This document shows positions 54,699-64,000 of a DNA stretch of 64,000 nucleotides, piece by piece. A program made the position numbers and the translations under genes. Within the stretch, counting starts at the first letter, position 1; each line of letters opens with the position of its first letter. Below the pieces are notes generated by a model, which did no database searches, was not told where the DNA came from, and was given only the letters and a program-made list of their open reading frames with translations. Source of the stretch: Octopus vulgaris (Eukaryota); assembly GCA_951406725.2 (NCBI GenBank), contig OX597830.1:31062001-31126000 (forward strand), written 5' to 3'.

Positions 54699-55799
54699 TA
54701 TTGCTACCATTAGTAGTAGTAGTAGTAGTATTTATTTATTTTTATTTATTCTCTCTATTACCACAGGGCTGCATGTACGTAAGAGGAAAAGTACTGCGGT
54801 TGAACCGACTACAAGTACATGATAGGTACTCGATTTATGGAACCTCACAACGAATGATATGTTCAGTTCACATCGAGCAGAATTTGAATGAGGCAATTTA
54901 GTTCTGGTTGGCACTTTGGCCCTATTCCGTTACTTCGCAACCAACTACTTCCATTTCTTATACTGGGCACAGGACACAAAATTTTTTATCGACCCTGGAA
55001 AGATGAAGGACAAAATCAAGCCAACCGGATATGAAACTCACAAAGTAAAATGATCGGCATTACTTCGTTTTGGTGCGTTTTCTTAATCTATCTGTGTTTT
55101 TTATATCTGTCTATCTATTTCTTTCTATATTTTCTGATGCATACCATTAAGTAAATGGTTGTGGACTCGAACGTAGAATACGTAAGTCCGTAATTGGGAA
55201 GTGTTGACCTTACTGCCTACCTACCATCCCACCATATCGATCACCTACGTAGTCATTTTTCCTTTCGCAAAAAATAATTCCAAAAAGCAACCGGAAACAA
55301 CTCTGCTTTAAGAAAATAAAGAACATGGAATAAAAACGGAATAAAACAAAACAAAATTTTAAATAAAAGACAAAAGGCAACGAACAAAATTTAGTAGCAA
55401 TTCTCGTTTTGTTTTATTTATTAGTGTTTTGCACGTTTACTAATTACAATTATTGCTGTTTGTTATTTACAAAAAAAAAAAAAAAATTGTTTGTCTGATG
55501 GTGAATTTGCCATACAATAACCGAAATGGTTCGATTGAAAAGCATAAAACCACACACACACACAAAAAAAGAAACTATTTATAAATGCTATGGATAAGCA
55601 GTCAATCTAATAATTAATCAGAGACTAAAGGTAATTTAGCAGTTGTTGTGGAGAGGGGGTAAGTTTTCGTTGTTCTTGTTGGTAGTTGATTGGGTTAAAT
55701 CTATTGTTGTTGTTGTTGGTGGTGGTGGTGGTGACGGTGGAAAAGAAGGTTGTGTCTGCCGTTGGTGTTATTGTAAGTGTTGTTACTGTTACTCGAAAG

Positions 55800-55980
55800 T
55801 CAACCTTCAAGAACACGTGATCAATTCTCGGTGGTGACAAACCCATCGTTTTATCAGAGGATTACATTATCCAATGTGTCCAGCCTTTTCCTCCAAGCTG
55901 ATGGGGTGTAATTTCAAGGAAATGTGGCTGTAATTTCCAGCAAGTCGAGCGATCACGATGAGGCGATCTCGTTATTAATG
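55800..55980 (-). mobile_element. Repeat family C
   Basis: TACATTATCCAATGTGTCC..GGGTGTAATTTC..TTTCCAGCAAGTCGAGCGATCACG. Confidence 0.75.
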
Positions 55981-56142
55981 GTTAAGGTTAGAAGTGGAGA
56001 TCAGTCTCCAGTGGTGATGGCTTCATGATGGCAGACCTAGTGTTGGAAGTTGATGGTTAAATTCGAAGTAGGATCACAATGTGAACTGTGGCGAGAGAGA
56101 GAGAGTGGAAAGGAAGTATAGGGTGGTATGTGTGTGTGTGAA

Positions 56143-56173
<31 letters not shown>

Positions 56174-57015
56174 CGGGTAAGAAGTATGTGTGTGAGAGAT
56201 GGAAGGAGGTAGAAACGTGAGTGTATAGGTATCAGTGTGTGAGAGCGAGAGAAGGTGGTGGTAGTGGGTCCTAATTAAAATGCTACGGGCATTTAACAAA
56301 TCAACATTTAAACAGCTCGTTGAAGAGTTTAATGAGAAGATTTGCTGTGAAGTGTAAAGTAATCCAACGTTTCAGACAGTTTTCCTTCTTCGAATTGAGA
56401 GAGAGAGAGGAGCGGAGGATCTTACTATTTGGGTTGCAGAATTGCGAACGGGAATATACAAAACAAGGACTGACATGGAAGAACTGATATAGAAAGAGAA
56501 GAGGGAAATCAATAAGAGATGCTGTTAGTAATGTGGAAGAGTGTGGGAGCTGCATGATTGAGAAAGTCAGATATGAAAGAAAGGCGGTCAAAGTTTGTAG
56601 CAGGTTTTGAGTCAGGGGTTTTAGATTTACATTCAACAATTTAATAGTATTGCAAGCATATATAAGCTATTGGGTGTGAAGAAAACCAGCATTGTAGAAT
56701 GAATAGGGATCATTGGCATTAACAGTCTATTTGCTTTAAAGTATTTAGTGGCGTCCTGAGTTCAAATCTCGCTACGGTCGATAAAATAAAGACCAATTAA
56801 GCACTGTAGTCGATTTAATTGTTCAGACCCATGCTTGCGTATGCGCGCGTGTGTGTATGTGTGTAGTATATATGCAAATGCGGTGTCACACTCTAGAGGC
56901 GGTTAATCTGAAGTGATGCGCGTGAAAGATGTTCATCAATGCGTGGATGGGTGATATCAGGTGCACACGTGCCGAACTTTTGTGTATGTGCGTATGTGTG
57001 TGTATGTGTGACGGG

Positions 57016-57051
<36 letters not shown>

Positions 57052-57774
57052 TCTATCTGTGCTAAATTAACACAATATATGACTGTTAAATATGTCGTCA
57101 CCTAAGAGTGAGAGAGAGAGAGAAGGAGGGTGTGTGTGTAAGTGTGTACATTCAAGTAAGTGTCTATATGTAAGCGAAGAAGAGAATGAAGAAAGTCCCA
57201 AGTTTGTATGAACGTGCACTCAACTGTATAAAATGTAAGTATTCGTACGGGTCTCTTAGAGAATGTGGTGATGATGATGTGTGTGTTTTATATACCTACA
57301 TAATTTTCCTTTCTCACCCCCCCACCACTCTCTCAGTCACACACACACACACGCACGCACATTTTCCCTAATATATACAGCCGTTCAACTAACACAGCAC
57401 TTTTGTTGAATGGCTGTGCTATATATATAAAACTATTTCGAACTGAAACACCGATAAAAAGTATGTGAAAGTGAGTTATGTGCCTTTACATTGTGAGGTC
57501 AAATCCTGCCTCGTTCATCAAGCATTCAAGTATTAATGAAGAGCTGTACGCTGGATATTTGTAACGGTGTTGCAAACCCCCCAATTGAATACATTAATAG
57601 TATTAGACAGGATGGTGTATCGGTTTGGAAACCTCATGTAGACAGGTAGATAGAGAAACAGACTGATGGTAGACGGGCAAAGAGACAGGTAGAAACCAAA
57701 GTCAAATTAATCGCGCCTCATTCTTAGTCTTCAATTAGAATTTGTTTCACATCCAGAATGCTGTAGATGAATAC

Positions 57775-58050
57775 TGGTTTCAAATTTGGTATACGGCCAG
57801 TAATTTCGGTGAAGGGATTAAGTCGATTACATCGACTCCCAGTATGATGAAAGGCCCCCGTGGTATTTGAACTCAGAACACAAGGACGGACGAAATGTCG
57901 CTAAGCATTTTGCCTGGCGTGCTAACGATTCTGCCAGCAAGCCGCCACTATAGATGGCGATTCAGTGCTTGACTGGTGCTATAATTTTTAAGGACTCCGA
58001 AGGCATGAAAGGTTAAGTTGACCTCGGTGGGATCTGAACTCAGTACATAA
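57775..58050 (-). mobile_element. SINE family A copy plus adjacent fragment
   Basis: AAGTCGATTACATCGAC..GAACTCAGAAC..GCTAAGCATTTTGCCTGGCGTGCTAACGATTCTGCCAGC. Confidence 0.85.
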
Positions 58051-58967
58051 AGGGGATTGTAAAGAAAAGGTGATTGACACTAGCAACTGCGTCAACCCAA
58101 CTTGGTTTACTGATTTGCAAATCTTTAGATGGATGGATGCATGGAGAGAGGGACAGTACGCAGTTTTGTTGATCTCGTTGTACAATATTCGCGCTTGAGT
58201 GTTGATTTAACGCATGAGGTAAATGGCCTGTTTAACCCATGCATTAGCAACTGTGTGTTAAGATATCATTCATCGACAGGTGATCAGCTTTCTTTTTTAT
58301 ATTTCAGATGCCAAGGGGTTTTGAAGATGTGTGTGTTTGTGTGTAGGTCCTGTTGAGACAGTAGTGGGAAAATTAAGAACTCTGATGTTTTACCATTTCC
58401 TAAAAAAGTTCATCAGTATCGCAAAGTAAAGTAACTGCCACCAAATTCGAGCCTGTGTCTAAAAGTCTGTGTGTGTGTGTATGTGTGCATATATGTATAA
58501 AATCATTATCGACATGATTCAACAGTAAAGCTACACAAGTGCCTACAGATTAATGCCAAAGTGCAAGGCACCAAATTCTAGGTCCTTGGGTAACTTATGC
58601 AGCTAACTTTACAGTTAAATAGTAAAGAAATACGTATGCTCTATGTTACGCGTGTTGAGTTCTATTTTCCCTGCTTGTACCACAAACATTCACACATATA
58701 TACATACAAAAACAACAGAACGTATAGTAAAAAGCATGCAAAAAAAAAAAAAAAAGACAAAAGAAAATATAAAACGAAAAAGAATGAATCAATGAATAAT
58801 AGAAGTCCTAACAGATTCGGTTAATTGCTACCCCAACAAACAGTCCAATCTCGTAGTTTTGTAATTAGTACTTCCCCCGGCAACAATAAAACATTTCTGA
58901 GCTTCGACGTTAAACACAACTTGACACACCGACTGGTTTGTTGATATGTACTGTGTGCTTATTACAC

Positions 58968-59004
<37 letters not shown>

Positions 59005-59201
59005 CACACACACACACACAGAGTGTGCATGGAAAAGTGAAGTTAACGTCGAGATATTCATGGCATGGCCGAAAACGCTTGAAGCCACCACATCACACGC
59101 ATGCACACATGCATGCTCCCAGCCAGGTATGAAGGAAGACACAGTTACAACACAGTCAACAGACTAATTGAATGGAGGTGTGGGGTGAGGGTAGGGGTGG
59201 C

Positions 59202-59233
<32 letters not shown>

Positions 59234-59734
59234 GAAGGAAGAAAGGAAGGAGAGAGACAACGGCGACAGTGACAGCAATGAGGCATAGCTTAAACTGGCT
59301 GCATCAGTTAATTACATGGATTCGAAACCACAACTATTAACAAACAGATATAGCAAAACAAACTATTTACCAATAACCAACCGACTAATTATCTACATAC
59401 ATGTCGGTTTAACTACAATCAATCACGTCGTCTCACTGTGTCTACTTGGCTGTCTGTCTGTCTGTATGTCTGGCTGTCTGTCTGGCTGGCTTTGTGCTGT
59501 CTGTCTGTCTGTCTGCGTGTGTGTCTGTGTCTGCCAGTCGGTTTGACAAAGTCTGCCTTAGACGTCTCTGCGAATCTTTAACTCACTACCAGACTATACA
59601 CACATATGTACGTACTTACATACACACATACATACATACATAATACATACGTACTTACATACATACATACATACACACATACATACATACATACATACAT
59701 GCATACATACATACATGTGTGTGCGTGCGCGCAT

Positions 59735-60200
59735 CTTTTATTTGTCAGTCATTAGACTGCGGCCATGCTGGGGCACCAACTCAAAGAATTTTTTAGTCGT
59801 ATGAATCGACCCGAATATTTAAATCCTTTTTTTTAAAGCCTGGTACTTATTCTATTGACCACTTTTGCCGAACCGCTAAGTTACAAGGGTGTAAACACAC
59901 CAATACCAGTTGTCAAGCGGAGGTGTGTGGGTGGGGGAAACATAGACAGAATGACACACGCCCACGCACACACGACGGGCTGTCTCTGTCTACCAAATTC
60001 ACTCACAAGGCTTTGGTCGACCCGAGGCCATAGTAGAAGACACTTGCTCAAGATGCCACGCAATGGGACTGAACCCGCAACGATGTTGTTGAGAAGCACA
60101 CGGCCACTCCTGCGCCCGTTATTTTTGCCGAGTTGGTAATGACAGGGACGTAAACAAACCAACAACCAGTTGTCAAGCGATGGTAAACAAACACACACAC
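59735..60200 (-). mobile_element. SINE family B plus partial second copy
   Basis: GACTGCGGCCATGCTGGGGCACC..TTTGCCGAACCGCTAAG..GAAGACACTTGCTCAAGATGCCACGC; the internal block recurs at 60120-60200. Confidence 0.88.
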
Positions 60201-60224
60201 ACACACATACTCACAGGCACACGT

Positions 60225-60575
60225 ACATGTGTGCCTGTATGTATGTGTGTATGTATGTATGTGTGTATGTATGTATGTATGTATGTATGTATGTATGTAT
60301 GTATGTATGTATGTATGTATGTGTGTATGTATGTATGTATGTATATATGTATGTGTGTGTGTATGTATGTATGTATGTATGTATGTATGTGTGAATGTAT
60401 GTATGATTGTATGTATGTATGTATGTATGTGTGTATGTATGTGTGTATGTATGTATGTATGTGTGTATGTATGTGTGTATGTATGTATGTGTGAATGTAT
60501 GTATGATTGTATGTATGTATGTATGTATGTATGTATGTATGATTGTATGTATGTATGTATGTGTGTGTGTGTCTG
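60225..60575. repeat. Compound (TATG)n array with ~100-bp higher-order repetition
   Basis: The variant block GTGAATGTATGTATGATTGT occurs at both 60391 and 60491. Confidence 0.9.
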
Positions 60576-60960
60576 CCTCTCTTTGTGAGTGTGTGTGTAA
60601 ATGTGTGTGCGAGTGCATGAAAATAAAGCTGTCGCCCCCCCCCGTTCAATAATAGCAAGTAAAATAAAGTACTAAAAAAGGAAAAAAAAAAAAAAAAAGA
60701 AAACCACAGCGTTGATGGGTTGCTAAACATAAATATAATACTGCTAGGTGACAAGGAATTCCGTTGTTATTTGCATGTTGCAGCTCGGCAGTTCTTATCC
60801 CTTAACATCAAACAACGATATTTTAGGCGATGGTGTGATGCGCAGCAAGTAGTTGTGGTGCACCTGCACTGTACACACACACAGAGCAGAGCTAAGAGGA
60901 AGTGCAGTGGGAAGTGAGACACGCATGGATGGCAGCTAGCAGTCTCACATCTTCTCCAGA

Positions 60961-61010
<50 letters not shown>

Positions 61011-61029
61011 CTGCATATACTGTGAGATA

Positions 61030-61232
61030 CTCTTTTACTCTTTTTACTTGTTTCAGTCACTTGACTGCGGCCATGCTGGAGCACCGCCTTTAGTCGAGCA
61101 AATCGACCCCCGGGACTTATTCTTTGTAAGCCCAGTACTTATTCTATCGGTTTTTTTTGCCGAACCGCTTAGTGACGGGGACGTAAACACACCAGCATCG
61201 GTTGTCAAGCAATGCTAGGGTGACAAACACAG

Positions 61233-61279
<47 letters not shown>

Positions 61280-61428
61280 TACGACAGGCTTCTTTCAGTT
61301 TCCGTCTACCAAATCCACTCACAAGGCATTGGTCGGCCCGGGGCTATAGCAGAAGACACTTGCCCAAGATGCCACGCAGTGGGACTGAACCCGGAACCAT
61401 GTGGTTGGTTAGCAAGCTACTTACCACA
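61030..61428 (-). mobile_element. SINE family B, young
   Basis: Reverse complement of the 44641 copy with few differences. Confidence 0.92.
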
Positions 61429-61538
61429 TGAATAATTATAACACACATCGATAAACTACTGGAAAATATATTACTATATAATACAGAGAGTACTTGAAAA
61501 TTATGCAGATTATACAATTATTGAGAAACAACCTAATC

Positions 61539-61569
<31 letters not shown>

Positions 61570-61895
61570 TCCAGAAAATGAGAGGTGGGGCTCGAAACCC
61601 TCGAAACGCGTTTCCACAAATGCAAACCCCAAAACAGAGGGTGTGATAGCTCCTCTATAAACATGCTACCCCTATAGCTATTACAGGTCGAGATTTATAA
61701 TGCACATATATAGCTACATGGAAAAAAAAGTCAGTGAGTTGTATATCACTGGGTCAACCCCGATGTCGACCTAGTTCTGGATCTGACCGAGAAGGAAACC
61801 CCTACGATCAAAGAATTGCAGCCAAAAGCTACACCCTATATTACTATTATTTTCTTGTCTACGGCTACAATATCTATAGTGTATTCTTTCCCGAA

Positions 61896-61949
<54 letters not shown>

Positions 61950-61993
61950 TGATGGGGACGCTTCGAAAGAAGTTTGGCTGTTTGGCACCTGAA

Positions 61994-62041
<48 letters not shown>

Positions 62042-62539
62042 TATGTATGTAAGTGCTTCTACACGCTTACACAGCTAGGTATGTGTGAAAAATAAAGTGA
62101 GAAAAGGTTTTTTTTTTCTTTGTATGTTCTAACGTAGGCATGTAATGAACGTATTATCCAGCAGTGTGTGCGTTCACAAGCACACACACACACACACACA
62201 TACACACATACACACATACACACACTCACTCACTCACACACACATAATGAGAGAAAAAGCTGAGCTGTCGGTGTGTGTGGGAGCTGTTTGAAGTGGAGGT
62301 AATAGATGATGAGGAAGCAAGCAGTACGATAAGAAAGGTGCAGACAGCTCTTTCTACCGAAAATCCCTACAATCCACCACCACAGAAATGCTCTTTTTTT
62401 TTTCCTTTTTGCAGACGATGAATGAGAGTCAGCTGTGTAGCCATCACATCGACCTGTAGAAGGAGCAAGTGAAGGAAGAGGCAAGGAGGAGCGAATAAAT
62501 GAAAGATAGCAATGGCATGTAGTGTAATACGGTAGCGTA

Positions 62540-62596
<57 letters not shown>

Positions 62597-62747
62597 TGTA
62601 CGTGTGTGTGTGTGTGTGTGTATGTATGTATATGTGTGTGGCGGGACGGGAGGAGGAAGAGGAGCTGCTGGAGTATATGGGACAGAGTAGTTTTCTAAGC
62701 TCCCCGATTCTACAATTCTGGGTTTGTCCCTCTATCAATTCTCTTCA

Positions 62748-62748
62748 T

Positions 62749-62808
<60 letters not shown>
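62748..62808. repeat. (GATA)n
   Basis: Direct reading. Confidence 0.95.
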
Positions 62809-62809
<1 letters not shown>

Positions 62810-63371
62810 GAGGGAGGGAGGGAGACCTAGTTTTTCAGCAAGAAAATTTAGAAGTCGGTGTGTGCATTGTATAGGAAGGGCAGAAGGAGATAGCTAACCG
62901 GGTTAGCGGAATGAAGGAACAAGATGCAACAACAGGACATATAAAGGACGTGAGTAGAAGAGATTCCATAGCACTATTCACAACGGCAACTGCAAGCCAA
63001 CATCATGACCTGGTCTACGCTGTGGGGCTCGTTTTGCTAGAAACAGCAACCGAATCTTCATCAAATTACACCTTGCTATCGAAAGGAACTACCGTCAATC
63101 GATAGAACACATTGTGTCATAAGTCGGCTAGGTTTTCTTCTACGTGATCGATCCACTGTGAGACTGTGGAAGTTCTGTGCTTTTAGCAAAATAGGGATGT
63201 GTAACCTGTCTACTTATACATCTGAGGAGACGGAAGTCGTAACATCTGGCCATGTTGTATGTAAGGCAATAAACACAGAAAGTTAAATTTGCATTCAAGC
63301 GCCGGTAAAATTTCTTAATTACATATCTGTGTACACGTACACATACATAGAACGAACATTATGGATGTTCT

Positions 63372-63372
63372 A

Positions 63373-63465
<93 letters not shown>
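63372..63465. repeat. (TATC)n
   Basis: Direct reading. Confidence 0.95.
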
Positions 63466-63730
63466 CATATATCTTGCACATACTGATAAGTGTGTGTGTG
63501 TGTACGTGTGTACTTGCAAATGTGTGTGTGTATGTGTGAGCGTGTGTGTGTGTGCGCGTGTGTGTGTGAATCTAGTAATTCATACAAAAGCAGGTCTAAG
63601 ATAAAAAGGAGAGACTTTCAGGTGTGGAAGTATAAACTCTGTTTACCGTGAATGGAGAGTGGGGTGTAATAAATGTGTATGTGTGTGTGTATATATATAT
63701 ACATACATATATATATATATACATACATAC

Positions 63731-63824
<94 letters not shown>

Positions 63825-64000
63825 AGTGTGCAACTATGCAGTTATGCATGTATGCAAATGTGTTTTGTCAGCAGAGATTCCACCGAAAGTCTCAGCAACA
63901 AAAGCAAGTAATAATGAGCAACAACGAAATTAATTAAATAACTTCAGATCTTTTTTTTCTTTTTTGTTGTTGTTGTTGCCCGTTTTTTTTTTCTTTTTAG

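Noticed and set aside
61575-61615. GGGG..CCCTCGAAACGCGTTTC, resembling the 3' half of a minimal hammerhead
   Set aside because: No CTGANGA box upstream.
62385-62560. Strong 3' splice site (poly-T..TGCAG at ~62414)
   Set aside because: All three frames stop within ~45 nt and there is no clear donor; poly-T+AG is frequent here. The poly-T+AG at the window end (64000) cannot be assessed.

Overview
AT-rich, microsatellite-saturated eukaryotic non-coding DNA. The tRNA-derived SINE families, RTE/Penelope/R4-Dong fragments and (TA)n/(CA)n/(TATG)n/(GATA)n/(AAT)n density are what I recognise from octopus (coleoid cephalopod) genomes; this is an inference, not a database result. I cannot support any host protein-coding exon. 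Almost all supplied ORFs are microsatellite translations, and the protein-like ones are retrotransposon or transposon remnants. Main structure: (1) a sharp CpG boundary at ~16.2-16.5 kb, with a CpG-deaminated SINE copy to its left and CpG-intact copies to its right, suggesting the methylated body of a minus-strand gene whose promoter lies near 19-21 kb; (2) other promoter-like islands at ~28.8 kb and ~45.7 kb; (3) a modular SINE system with alternative LINE-like 3' tails, head-to-tail arrays in (AAT)n, and a SINE-in-SINE insertion with an exact 70-bp duplication; (4) a 5'-truncated R4/Dong-type LINE inserted in (AAT)n; (5) a 45-bp fold-back inverted duplication and other dsRNA-forming arrangements. 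Boundaries of degenerate repeats are approximate.
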